Assembly (NCBI GenBank): GCA_964016885.1
Contig: OZ024757.1
Location: forward strand, 10,354,001 to 10,418,000
Length of the DNA: 64,000 bases
Reading direction: 5' to 3'
Source of the DNA: Eledone cirrhosa
Lineage: Eukaryota
In this document: positions 1 through 12,640 of the stretch, piece by piece
Position numbering within the stretch: position 1 is the first letter of the stretch
Layout of the letters: every line of letters begins with the position of its first letter
Position numbers and translations under genes: made by a program
Notes under the pieces: generated by a model
Told to the model about the DNA's origin: nothing
Databases searched by the model: none
The model's input: only the letters and a program-made list of their open reading frames with translations

Positions 1-359
1 TTAAGTTGGGGTTAATTTAAGTCGGAGTTAAGTTAAGTTGGGGTTAAGTTAAGTTGGGGGTAAGTTAAGTTGTGGTTAAGTTAAGTTGGGGTTAAGTTGG
101 GGTTAAGTTAAGTTGGGGTTAAGTTAAGTGGGGTTGAGTTAAGTTGGAGTTAAGTTAAGTTGGGGTTAATTTAAGTTGGGGTTAAGTTAAGTCGGGGTAA
201 AGTTAAGTTGGGGTTAAGTTAAGTTGGGGGTAAGTTAATTTGGGGTTAAGTTAAGTTGGGGTTTAGTTAATTTGGGGTTAAGTCAAGTTGGGGTTAAGTC
301 AAGTTGGGGTTAAGTTAAGTTGGGGTTAAGTTAAGTCGGGGTTAAGTTAAGTTGGGGTT

Positions 360-3300
360 AAGTTAAGTCGGAGTAAAGTTAAGTTGGGGTTAAGTTAAGT
401 TGGGGGTAAGTTAAGTTGTGGTTAAGTTAAGTTGGCGTTAAGTTGGGGTTAAGTTAAGTTGGGGTTGAGTTAAGTTGGGGTTGAATTAAGTTGGGATTGA
501 GTTAAGTTGGAGTTAAGTTAAGTTGGGGTTAAGTTAAGTTGGGGTTAAGTTAAGTTGGCGTTAAATTAAGTTGGGGTTAAGTTAAGTTGGGGTTACGTTA
601 AGTTGGGGATAAGTTAAGTTGGGGTTAAGTCAAGTTGGGGTTAAATCAAGTTGGGGTTAACTTAAGTTTGGATTAACTTAAGTTGGGTTAACTTAAGTTG
701 GGATTAAGTTGGGGTTAACTTAAGTTGGGGTTAAGTTAAGTTGGCGTTGAGTTAAGTTGGGGTTGAGTTAAGTTGGGGTTGAGTTAAGTTGGGGTTGAGT
801 TAAATTGGGGTCGAGTTAAGTTGGGGTTGATTTAAGTTGGGGTTAAGTTAAGTTGGGGTTAAGTTAAGTTGGGGTTAAGTTAAGTTGGGATTAGATTAAG
901 TAGGAGTTAAGTTAAGTTGGGGTTAATTTAAGTTGTGGTTAAGTTAAGTTGGGGTTAAGTTAAGTTGGGGTTAAGTTAAGTTGGGGTTAACTTAAGTTGG
1001 AGTTAAGTTAAGTTGGGGTTAAGTTAAGTTGAGGCTATTTAAGTTGGGGCTGAGTTAACTTGGGGTTAAGTTAAGTTGGGGTTAAGTTAAATGGGGTTAA
1101 GGTAAGTTGGGGTTAAGTTAAGTTGGGGTTAAGTTAAGTTGGGGTTAAGTTAAGTTGGGGTTAACTTAAGTTGGGGTTAAGTTGGGGTTAACTTAAGTTG
1201 GGGTTAATTTAAGTTGGGGTTGAGTTAAGTTGGGGTTGATTTCAGTTTGGGTTGAGTTAAGTTGGGGTCGAGTTAAGTTGGGGTTGTGTTAAGTGGGGGT
1301 TAAGTTAAGTTGGGGTTAAGTTAAGTTGGGGTTGAGTTAAGTTGGGATCGAGGTAAGTTGGGGTTAAGTTAAGTTGGGGTTAAGTTAAGTTGTGGTTAAG
1401 TTAAGTTGGGGTTAAGTTAAGTTGGGGTTAAGTTAAGTTGGGGTTAAGGTAAGTTGGGGTTAAGTTAAGTTGGGGTTAAGTTAAGTTGGGGTTAACTTAA
1501 GTTGGGGTTAACTTAAGTTGGGGTTAAGTTGGGGTTAACTTAAGTTGGGGTTAAGTTGGGGTTAACTTAAGTTGGGGTTAAGTTAAGTTGGGGTTGATTT
1601 AAGTTGGGGTTGAGTTAAGTTGGAGTCGAGTTAAGTTGGGGTTGAGTTAAGTTGGGGTTAAGTTAAGTTGGGGTTAAGTTAAGTTGGAGTTAAGTTAAGT
1701 TGGGGTTAAGTTAAGTTGGGGTTAAGTTAAGTTGGGGTTAAGTTAAGTTGGGGTTAAGTTAAGTTGGGGTTAAGGTAAGTTGGGGTTAAGTTAAGTTGGG
1801 GTTAAGTTAAGTTGGGGTTAAGTTAAGTTGGGGTTAACTTAAGTTGGGGTTAACTTAAGTTGGGGTTAAGTTGGGGTTAACTTAAGTTGGGGTTAATTTA
1901 AGTTGGGGTTGAGTTAAGTTGGGGTTGATTTCAGTTTGGGTTGAGTTAAGTTGGGGTTTTGTTAAGTTGGGGTTAAGTTAAGTTGGGGTTAAGTTAAGTT
2001 GGGGTTGAGTTAAGTTGGGATCGAGGTAAGTTGGGGTTGAGTTAAGTTGGGGTTAAGTTAAGTTGGGGTTAACTTAAGTTGGGGTTAACTTAAGTTGGGG
2101 TTAAGTTAAGTTGGGGTTAAGTTAAGTTGGGGTTAAGTTAAGTTGGGGTTAAGTTAAGTTGGGGTTAAGTTAAATTGGGGTTAAGTTAAGTTGGGGTTGA
2201 GTTAAGTTAGGGTCGAGTTAAGTTGGGGTTGAGTTAATTTGGGGTTGAATTAAGTTGGGGTTAGGTTAAGTTGGGGTTAAGTTAAATTTGGTTTAAGTTA
2301 AGTTGGGGTTAAGTTAAGTTGGGGTTAAGTTAAGTTGGGATTAGATTAAGTTGGGGTTAAGTTAAGTTGGGGTTGAGTTAAGTTGGGGTTAAGTTGGCGT
2401 TAAGTTAAGTTGGGGTTAAGTTAAGTTGGGGTTAAGTTAAGTTGGGGTTAAGTTAAGTTGGGGTTAAGTTAAGTTGGGGTTAAGTTAAGTTGGAGTTAAG
2501 TTAAGTTGGGGTTAAGTCAAGTTGGGGTTGAGTTAATTTGGGGTTAAGTTAAGTTGGGGTTAAGTTAAGTTGGAGTTAAGTTAAGTTGGGGTTAAGTCAA
2601 GTTGGGGTTGAGTTAATTTGGGGTTGAATTAAGTTGGGGTTAGGTTAAGTTGGGGTTAAGTTAAGTTTGGTTTAAGTTAAGTTGGGGTTAAGTTAAGTTG
2701 GGGTTAAGTTAATTTGAGGTTAAGTTAAGTTGGGGTTGAGTTAAGTTGGGGTTGATTTAAGTTGGGGTTGAATTAAGTTGGGGTCGAGTTAAGTTGGGGT
2801 TGAGTTAAGTTGGGGTTAAGTTAAGTTGGGGTTAAGTTAAGTTGGAGTTAAGTTAAATTGGGGTTAAGTTAAGTTGGGGTTAAGTTAAGTCGGAGTAAAG
2901 TTAAGTTGGGGTTAAGTTAAGTTGGGGGTAAGTTAAGTTGTGGTTAAGTTAAGTTGGGGTTAAGTTGGGGTTAAGTTAAGTTGGGGTTGAGTTAAGTTGG
3001 GGTTGAATTAAGTTGGGATTGAGTTAAGTTGGAGTTAAGTTAAGTTGGGGTTAAGTTAAGTTGGGGTTAAGTTAAGTTGGCGTTAAATTAAGTTGGGGTT
3101 AAGTTAAGTTGGTATTACGTTAAGTTGGGGATAAGTTAAGTTGGGGTTAAGTCAAGTTGGGGTTAAATCAAGTTGGGGTTAACTTAAGTTTGGATTAACT
3201 TAAGTTGGGTTAACTTAAGTTGGGATTAAGTTGGGGTTAACTTAAGTTGGGGTTAAGTTAAGTTGGCGTTGAGTTAAGTTGGGGTTGAGTTAAGTTGGGG

Positions 3301-3870
3301 TTGAGTTAAGTTGGGGTTGAGTTAAGTTGGGGTCGAGTTAAGTTGGGGTTGATTTAAGTTGGGGTTAAGTTACGTTGGGGTTAAGTTAAGTTGGGGTTAA
3401 GTTAAGTTGGGATTAGATTAAGTAGGAGTTAAGTTAAGTTGGGGTTAATTTAAGTTGTGGTTAAGTTAAGTTGGGGTTAAGTTAAGTTGGGGTTAAGTTA
3501 AGTTGGGGTTAACTTAAGTTGGAGTTAAGTTAAGTTGGGGTTAAGTTAAGTTGAGGCTATTTAAGTTGGGGCTGAGTTAACTTGGGGTTAAGTTAAGTTG
3601 GGGTTAAGTTAAGTTGGGGTTAAGGTAAGTTGGGGTTAAGTTAAGTTGGGGTTAAGTTAAGTTGGGGTTAAGTTAAGTTGGGGTTAACTTAAGTTGGGGT
3701 TAAGTTGGGGTTAACTTAAGTTGGGGTTAATTTAAGTTGGGGTTGAGTTAAGTTGGGGTTGATTTCAGTTTGGGTTGAGTTAAGTTGGGGTCGAGTTAAG
3801 TTGGGGTTGTGTTAAGTGGGGGTTAAGTTAAGTTGGGGTTAAGTTAAGTTGGGGTTGAGTTAAGTTGGGA
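360..3870 (+). repeat. Two copies of a ~1-kb variant-defined block 2,522 bp apart (~360-1340 and ~2880-3870)
   Basis: GATAAG at 608 and 3130; TTTGGAT at 667 and 3189; same order of GAGGCTATTT, TTTCAGTTTGGG and GGATCGAGG markers. Confidence 0.85.
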
Positions 3871-5089
3871 TCGAGGTAAGTTGGGGTTGAGTTAAGTTGG
3901 GGTTGATTTAAGTTGGGGTTGAGGTAAGTTGGAGTCGAGTTAAGTTGGGGTTGAGTTAAGTTGGGGTTAAGTTAAGTTGGGGTTAAGTTAAGTTGGGGTT
4001 AATTTAAGTCGGAGTTAAGTTAAGTTGGGGTTAAGTTAAGTTGGGGGTAAGTTAAGTTGTGGTTAAGTTAAGTTGGGGTTAAGTTGGGGTTAAGTTAAGT
4101 TGGGGTTAAGTTAAGTGGGGTTGAGTTAAGTTGGAGTTAAGTTAAGTTGGGGTTAATTTAAGTTGGGGTTAAGTTAAGTCGGGGTAAAGTTAAGTTGGGG
4201 TTAAGTTAAGTTGGGGGTAAGTTAATTTGGGGTTAAGTTAAGTTGGGGTTTAGTTAATTTGGGGTTAAGTCAAGTTGGGGTTAAGTCAAGTTGGGGTTAA
4301 GTTAAGTTGGGGTTAAGTTAAGTCGGGGTTAAGTTAAGTTGGGGTTAAGTTAAGTCGGGGTTAAGTTAAGTTGGGGTTAAGTTAAGTTGGGGTAAGTTAA
4401 GTTGGGGTTAAGTTAAGTTGGGGTTTACTTAAGTTGGGGTTAAGTCAAGTTGGGGTTAAGTCAAGTTGGGGTTAAGTCAAGTTGGGGTTAAGTTAAGTTG
4501 GGGTTAAGTTAAGTTGGGGTTAAATTAAGTTGGGGTTAAGTTAAGTTGGGGTTAAGTTAAGTTGGCGTTAAGTTAAGTTGGGGTTAAGTTAACTTGGGGT
4601 TAAGTTAAGTTGGGGTTAAGTTAAGTTGGGGTTAAGTCAAGTTGGGGTTAAATCAAGTTGGGGTTAACTTAAGTTTGGATTAACTTAAGTTGGGTTAACT
4701 TAAGTTGGGGTTAAGTTGGGGTTAACTTAAGTTGGGGTTAAGTTAAGTTGGGGTTAAGTTAAGTTGGGGTTGAGTTAAGTTGGGGTTGAGTTAAGTTGGG
4801 GTTGAGTTAAGTTGGGGTTGATTTAAGTTGGGGTTGAGTTAAGTTGGGGTCGAGTTAAGTTGGGGTTAAGTTAAGTTGGGGTTAAGTTAAGTTGGGGTTA
4901 AGTTAAGTTTGGTTTAAGTTAAGTTGGGGTTAAGTTAAGTTGGGGTTGAGTTAAGTTGGGATTAGGTTAAGTTGGGGTTAAGTTAAGTTGGGGTTAAGTT
5001 AAGTTGTGGTTAATTTAAGTTGGGGTTAAGTTAAGTTGGGGTTAAGTTAAGTTGGTGTTAAGGTAAGTTGGGGTTAAGTTAAGTTGGGG

Positions 5090-8000
5090 TTAAGTTAAGT
5101 TGGGGTTAAGTTAAGTTGGGGTTAACTTAAGTTGGGGTTAACTTAAGTTGGGGTTAAGTTGGGGTTAACTTAAGTTGGGGTTAAGTTGGGGTTAACTTAA
5201 GTTGGGGTTAAGTTAAGTTGGGGTTGAGTTAAGTTGGGGTTGATTTAACTTGGGGTTGAGTTAAGTTGGAGTCGAGTTAAGTTGGGGTTGAGTTAAGTTG
5301 GGGTTAAATTAAGTTGGGGTTAAGTTAAGTTGAAGTTAAGTTAAGTTGGGGTTAAGTTAAGTTGGGGTTAAGTTAAGTTGGCGTTAAATTAAATTGGGGT
5401 TAAGTTAAGTTGGGGTTACGTTAAGTTGGGGTTAAGTTAAGTTGGGGTTAAGTCAAGTTGGGGTTAAATCAAGTTGGGGTTAACTTAAGTTTGGATTAAC
5501 TTAAGTTGGGTTAACTTAAGTTGGGGTTAAGTTGGGCTTAACTTAAGTTGGGGTTAAGTTAAGTTGGGGTTGAGTTAAGTTGGGGTTGAGTTAAGTTGGG
5601 GTTGAGTTAAGTTGGGGTCGAGTTAAGTTGGGGTTGAGTTAAGTTGGGGTTAAGTTAAGTTGGGGTTAAGTTGGGGTTAAGTTAAGTTGGGATTAGGTTA
5701 AGTTGGGGTTAAGTTAAGTTGGGGTTAAGTTAAGTCGGAGTAAAGTTAAGTTGGGGGTAAGTTAAGTTGTGGTTAAGTTAAGTTGGGGTTAAGTTGGGGT
5801 TAAGTTAAGTTGGGGTTGAGTTAAGTTGGGGTTGAATTAAGTTGGGATTGAGTTAAGTTGGAGTTAAGTTAAGTCGGGGTTAAGTTAAGTTGGGGTTAAG
5901 TTAAGTTGGCGTTAAATTAAGTTGGGGTTAAGTTAAGTTGGGGTTACGTTAAGTTGGGGTTAAGTCAAGTTGGGGTTAAATCAAGTTGGGGTTAACTTAA
6001 GTTTGGATTAACTTAAGTTGGGTTAACTTAAGTTGGGATTAAGTTGGGGTTAACTTAAGTTGGGGTTAAGTTAAGTTGGGGTTGAGTTAAGTTGGGGTTG
6101 AGTTAAGTTGGGGTTGAGTTAAGTTGGGGTTAATTTAAGTTGGGGTTAAGTTAAGTTGGGGTTAAGTTAAGTTGGGATTAGATTAAGTAGGAGTTAAGTT
6201 AAGTTGGGGTTAAGTTAAGTTGTGGTTAAGTTAAGTTGGGGTTAAGTTAAGTTGGGGTTAAGTTAAGTTGGGGTTAACTTAAGTTGGGGTTAAGTTAAGT
6301 TGAGGCTAAGTTAAGTTGGGGCTGAGTTAACTTGGGGTTAAGTTAAGTTGGGGTTAAGTTAAGTTGGGGTTAAGGTAAGTTGGGGTTAAGTTAAGTTGGG
6401 GTTAAGTTAAGTTGGGGTTAAGTTAAGTTGGGGTTAACTTAAGTTGGGGTTAACTTAAGTTGGGGTTAAGTTGGGGTTAACTTAAGTTGGGGTTAATTTA
6501 AGTTGGGGTTGAGTTAAGTTGGGGTTGATTTCAGTTTGGGTTGAGTTAAGTTGGGGTTGTGTTAAGTTGGGGTTAAGTTAAGTTGGGGTTAAGTTAAGTT
6601 GGGGTTGAGTTAAGTTGGGATCGAGGTAAGTTGGGGTTGAGTTAAGTTGGGGTTAAGTTAAGTTGGGGTTAACTTAAGTTGGGGTTAACTTAAGTTGGGG
6701 TTAAGTTAAGTTGGGGTTAAGTTAAGTTGGGGTTAAGTTAAGTTGGGGTTAAGTTAAGTTGGGGTTAAGTTAAATTGGGGTTAAGTTAAGTTGGGGTTGA
6801 GTTAAGTTAGGGTCGAGTTAAGTTGGGGTTGAGTTAATTTGGGGTTGAATTAAGTTGGGGTTAGGTTAAGTTGGGGTTAAGTTAAATTTGGTTTAAGTTA
6901 AGTTGGGGTTAAGTTGGGGTTAAGTTAAGTTGGGATTAGATTAAGTTGGGGTTAAGTTAAGTTGGGGTTGAGTTAAGTTGGGGTTAAGTTAAGTTGGCGT
7001 TAAGTTAAGTTGGGGTTAAGTTAAGTTGGGGTTAAGTTAAGTTGGGGTTAAGTTAAGTTGGGGTTAAGTTAAGTTGGGGTTAAGTTAAGTTGGAGTTAAG
7101 TTAAGTTGGGGTTAAGTCAAGTTGGGGTTGAGTTAATTTGGGGTTAAGTTAAGTTGGGGTTAAGTTAAGTTGGAGTTAAGTTAAGTTGGGGTTAAGTCAA
7201 GTTGGGGTTGAGTTAATTTGGGGTTGAATTAAGTTGGGGTTAGGTTAAGTTGGGGTTAAGTTAAGTTTGGTTTAAGTTAAGTTGGGGTTAAGTTAAGTTG
7301 GGGTTAAGTTAATTTGGGGTTAAGTTAAGTTGGGGTTGAGTTAAGTTGGGGTTGATTTAAGTTGGGGTTGAATTAAGTTGGGGTCGAGTTAAGTTGGGGT
7401 TGAGTTAAGTTGGGGTTAAGTTAAGTTGGGGTTAAGTTAAGTTGGAGTTAAGTTAAATTGGGGTTAAGTTAAGTTGGGGTTAAGTTAAGTCGGAGTAAAG
7501 TTAAGTTGGGGTTAAGTTAAGTTGGGGGTAAGTTAAGTTGTGGTTAAGTTAAGTTGGGGTTAAGTTGGGGTTAAGTTAAGTTGGGGTTGAGTTAAGTTGG
7601 GGTTGAATTAAGTTGGGATTGAGTTAAGTTGGAGTTAAGTTAAGTTGGGGTTAAGTTAAGTTGGGGTTAAGTTAAGTTGGCGTTAAATTAAGTTGGGGTT
7701 AAGTTAAGTTGGGGTTACGTTAAGTTGGGGATAAGTTAAGTTGGGGTTAAGTCAAGTTGGGGTTAAATCAAGTTGGGGTTAACTTAAGTTTGGATTAACT
7801 TAAGTTGGGTTAACTTAAGTTGGGATTAAGTTGGGGTTAACTTAAGTTGGGGTTAAGTTAAGTTGGCGTTGAGTTAAGTTGGGGTTGAGTTAAGTTGGGG
7901 TTGAGTTAAGTTGGGGTTGAGTTAAGTTGGGGTCGAGTTAAGTTGGGGTTGATTTAAGTTGGGGTTAAGTTAAGTTGGGGTTAAGTTAAGTTGGGGTTAA

Positions 8001-11000
8001 GTTAAGTTGGGATTAGATTAAGTAGGAGTTAAGTTAAGTTGGGGTTAATTTAAGTTGTGGTTAAGTTAAGTTGGGGTTAAGTTAAGTTGGGGTTAAGTTA
8101 AGTTGGGGTTAACTTAAGTTGGAGTTAAGTTAAGTTGGGGTTAAGTTAAGTTGAGGCTATTTAAGTTGGGGCTGAGTTAACTTGGGGTTAAGTTAAGTTG
8201 GGGTTAAGTTAAGTTGGGGTTAAGGTAAGTTGGGGTTAAGTTAAGTTGGGGTTAAGTTAAGTTGGGGTTAAGTTAAGTTGGGGTTAACTTAAGTTGGGGT
8301 TAAGTTGGGGTTAACTTAAGTTGGGGTTAATTTAAGTTGGGGTTGAGTTAAGTTGGGGTTGATTTCAGTTTGGGTTGAGTTAAGTTGGGATCGAGGTAAG
8401 TTGGGGTTAAGTTAAGTTGGGGTTAAGTTAAGTTGTGGTTAAGTTAAGTTGGGGTTAAGTTAAGTTGGGGTTAAGTTAAGTTGGGGTTAAGGTAAGTTGG
8501 GGTTAAGTTAAGTTGGGGTTAAGTTAAGTTGGGGTTAACTTAAGTTGGGGTTAACTTAAGTTGGGGTTAAGTTGGGGTTAACTTAAGTTGGGGTTAAGTT
8601 GGGGTTAACTTAAGTTGGGGTTAAGTTAAGTTGGGGTTGATTTAAGTTGGGGTTGAGTTAAGTTGGAGTCGAGTTAAGTTGGGGTTGAGTTAAGTTGGGG
8701 TTAAGTTAAGTTGGGGTTAAGTTAAGTTGGAGTTAAGTTAAGTTGGGGTTAAGTTAAGTTGGGGTTAAGTTAAGTTGGGGGTAAGTTAAGTTGGGGTTAA
8801 GTTAAGTTGGGGTTAAGTTAAGGTGGGATTAGGTTAAGTTGGGGTTAAGTTAAGTTGGGGTTAAGTTAAGTTGGGGTTAACTTAAGTTGGGGTTAACTTA
8901 AGTTGGGGTTAAGTTGGGGTTAACTTAAGTTGGGGTTAAGTTGGGGTTAACTTAAGTTGGGGTTAAGTTAAGTTGGGGTTGAGTTAAGTTGGGGTTGATT
9001 TAACTTGGGGTTGAGTTAAGTTGGAGTCGAGTTAAGTTGGGGTTGAGTTAAGTTGGGGTTAAATTAAGTTGGGGTTAAGTTAAGTTGAAGTTAAGTTAAG
9101 TTGGGGTTAAGTTAAGTTGGGGTTAAGTTAAGTTGGCGTTAAATTAAATTGGGGTTAAGTTAAGTTGGGGTTACGTTAAGTTGGGGTTAAGTTAAGTTGG
9201 GGTTAAGTCAAGTTGGGGTTAAATCAAGTTGGGGTTAACTTAAGTTTGGATTAACTTAAGTTGGGTTAACTTAAGTTGGGGTTAAGTTGGGCTTAACTTA
9301 AGTTGGGGTTAAGTTAAGTTGGGGTTGAGTTAAGTTGGGGTTGAGTTAAGTTGGGGTTGAGTTAAGTTGGGGTTGAGTTAAGTTGGGGTCGAGTTAAGTT
9401 GGGGTTGAGTTAAGTTGGGGTTAAGTTAAGTTGGGGTTAAGTTGGGGTTAAGTTAAGTTGGGATTAGGTTAAGTTGGGGTTAAGTTAAGTTGGGGTTAAG
9501 TTAAGTCGGAGTAAAGTTAAGTTGGGGGTAAGTTAAGTTGTGGTTAAGTTAAGTTGGGGTTAAGTTGGGGTTAAGTTAAGTTGGGGTTGAGTTAAGTTGG
9601 GGTTGAATTAAGTTGGGATTGAGTTAAGTTGGAGTTAAGTTAAGTCGGGGTTAAGTTAAGTTGGGGTTAAGTTAAGTTGGCGTTAAATTAAGTTGGGGTT
9701 AAGTTAAGTTGGGGTTACGTTAAGTTGGGGTTAAGTCAAGTTGGGGTTAAATCAAGTTGGGGTTAACTTAAGTTTGGATTAACTTAAGTTGGGTTAACTT
9801 AAGTTGGGATTAAGTTGGGGTTAACTTAAGTTGGGGTTAAGTTAAGTTGGGGTTGAGTTAAGTTGGGGTTGAGTTAAGTTGGGGTTGAGTTAAGTTGGGG
9901 TTAATTTAAGTTGGGGTTAAGTTAAGTTGGGGTTAAGTTAAGTTGGGATTAGATTAAGTAGGAGTTAAGTTAAGTTGGGGTTAAGTTAAGTTGTGGTTAA
10001 GTTAAGTTGGGGTTAAGTTAAGTTGGGGTTAAGTTAAGTTGGGGTTAACTTAAGTTGGGGTTAAGTTAAGTTGAGGCTAAGTTAAGTTGGGGCTGAGTTA
10101 ACTTGGGGTTAAGTTAAGTTGGGGTTAAGTTAAGTTGGGGTTAAGGTAAGTTGGGGTTAAGTTAAGTTGGGGTTAAGTTAAGTTGGGGTTAAGTTAAGTT
10201 GGGGTTAACTTAAGTTGGGGTTAACTTAAGTTGGGGTTAAGTTGGGGTTAACTTAAGTTGGGGTTAATTTAAGTTGGGGTTGAGTTAAGTTGGGGTTGAT
10301 TTCAGTTTGGGTTGAGTTAAGTTGGGGTTGTGTTAAGTTGGGGTTAAGTTAAGTTGGGGTTAAGTTAAGTTGGGGTTGAGTTAAGTTGGGATCGAGGTAA
10401 GTTGGGGTTGAGTTAAGTTGGGGTTAAGTTAAGTTGGGGTTAACTTAAGTTGGGGTTAACTTAAGTTGGGGTTAAGTTAAGTTGGGGTTAAGTTAAGTTG
10501 GGGTTAAGTTAAGTTGGGGTTAAGTTAAGTTGGGGTTAAGTTAAATTGGGGTTAAGTTAAGTTGGGGTTGAGTTAAGTTAGGGTCGAGTTAAGTTGGGGT
10601 TGAGTTAATTTGGGGTTGAATTAAGTTGGGGTTAGGTTAAGTTGGGGTTAAGTTAAATTTGGTTTAAGTTAAGTTGGGGTTAAGTTGGGGTTAAGTTAAG
10701 TTGGGATTAGATTAAGTTGGGGTTAAGTTAAGTTGGGGTTGAGTTAAGTTGGGGTTAAGTTAAGTTGGCGTTAAGTTAAGTTGGGGTTAAGTTAAGTTGG
10801 GGTTAAGTTAAGTTGGGGTTAAGTTAAGTTGGGGTTAAGTTAAGTTGGGGTTAAGTTAAGTTGGAGTTAAGTTAAGTTGGGGTTAAGTCAAGTTGGGGTT
10901 GAGTTAATTTGGGGTTAAGTTAAGTTGGGGTTAAGTTAAGTTGGAGTTAAGTTAAGTTGGGGTTAAGTCAAGTTGGGGTTGAGTTAATTTGGGGTTGAAT

Positions 11001-12640
11001 TAAGTTGGGGTTAGGTTAAGTTGGGGTTAAGTTAAGTTTGGTTTAAGTTAAGTTGGGGTTAAGTTAAGTTGGGGTTAAGTTAATTTGGGGTTAAGTTAAG
11101 TTGGGGTTGAGTTAAGTTGGGGTTGATTTAAGTTGGGGTTGAATTAAGTTGGGGTCGAGTTAAGTTGGGGTTGAGTTAAGTTGGGGTTAAGTTAAGTTGG
11201 GGTTAAGTTAAGTTGGAGTTAAGTTAAATTGGGGTTAAGTTAAGTTGGGGTTAAGTTAAGTCGGAGTAAAGTTAAGTTGGGGTTAAGTTAAGTTGGGGGT
11301 AAGTTAAGTTGTGGTTAAGTTAAGTTGGGGTTAAGTTGGGGTTAAGTTAAGTTGGGGTTGAGTTAAGTTGGGGTTGAATTAAGTTGGGATTGAGTTAAGT
11401 TGGAGTTAAGTTAAGTTGGGGTTAAGTTAAGTTGGGGTTAAGTTAAGTTGGCGTTAAATTAAGTTGGGGTTAAGTTAAGTTGGGGTTACGTTAAGTTGGG
11501 GATAAGTTAAGTTGGGGTTAAGTCAAGTTGGGGTTAAATCAAGTTGGGGTTAACTTAAGTTTGGATTAACTTAAGTTGGGTTAACTTAAGTTGGGATTAA
11601 GTTGGGGTTAACTTAAGTTGGGGTTAAGTTAAGTTGGCGTTGAGTTAAGTTGGGGTTGAGTTAAGTTGGGGTTGAGTTAAGTTGGGGTTGAGTTAAGTTG
11701 GGGTCGAGTTAAGTTGGGGTTGATTTAAGTTGGGGTTAAGTTAAGTTGGGGTTAAGTTAAGTTGGGGTTAAGTTAAGTTGGGATTAGATTAAGTAGGAGT
11801 TAAGTTAAGTTGGGGTTAATTTAAGTTGTGGTTAAGTTAAGTTGGGGTTAAGTTAAGTTGGGGTTAAGTTAAGTTGGGGTTAACTTAAGTTGGAGTTAAG
11901 TTAAGTTGGGGTTAAGTTAAGTTGAGGCTATTTAAGTTGGGGCTGAGTTAACTTGGGGTTAAGTTAAGTTGGGGTTAAGTTAAGTTGGGGTTAAGGTAAG
12001 TTGGGGTTAAGTTAAGTTGGGGTTAAGTTAAGTTGGGGTTAAGTTAAGTTGGGGTTAACTTAAGTTGGGGTTAAGTTGGGGTTAACTTAAGTTGGGGTTA
12101 ATTTAAGTTGGGGTTGAGTTAAGTTGGGGTTGATTTCAGTTTGGGTTGAGTTAAGTTGGGATCGAGGTAAGTTGGGGTTAAGTTAAGTTGGGGTTAAGTT
12201 AAGTTGTGGTTAAGTTAAGTTGGGGTTAAGTTAAGTTGGGGTTAAGTTAAGTTGGGGTTAAGGTAAGTTGGGGTTAAGTTAAGTTGGGGTTAAGTTAAGT
12301 TGGGGTTAACTTAAGTTGGGGTTAACTTAAGTTGGGGTTAAGTTGGGGTTAACTTAAGTTGGGGTTAAGTTGGGGTTAACTTAAGTTGGGGTTAAGTTAA
12401 GTTGGGGTTGATTTAAGTTGGGGTTGAGTTAAGTTGGAGTCGAGTTAAGTTGGGGTTGAGTTAAGTTGGGGTTAAGTTAAGTTGGGGTTAAGTTAAGTTG
12501 GAGTTAAGTTAAGTTGGGGTTAAGTTAAGTTGGGGTTAAGTTAAGTTGGGGGTAAGTTAAGTTGGGGTTAAGTTAAGTTGGGGTTAAGTTAAGGTGGGAT
12601 TAGGTTAAGTTGGGGTTAAGTTAAGTTGGGGTTAAGTTAA
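5090..12640 (+). repeat. Near-perfect head-to-tail duplication of a 3,771-bp unit (~5090-8860 / ~8860-12640)
   Basis: Marker pairs at 3,771-bp spacing: TTTGGAT 6002/9773 and 7789/11560, TAGGGTCGAG 6808/10579, AGGTGGGAT 8821/12592. TGAAG 5331/9086 is 3,755 apart, i.e. one monomer fewer. Confidence 0.9.
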
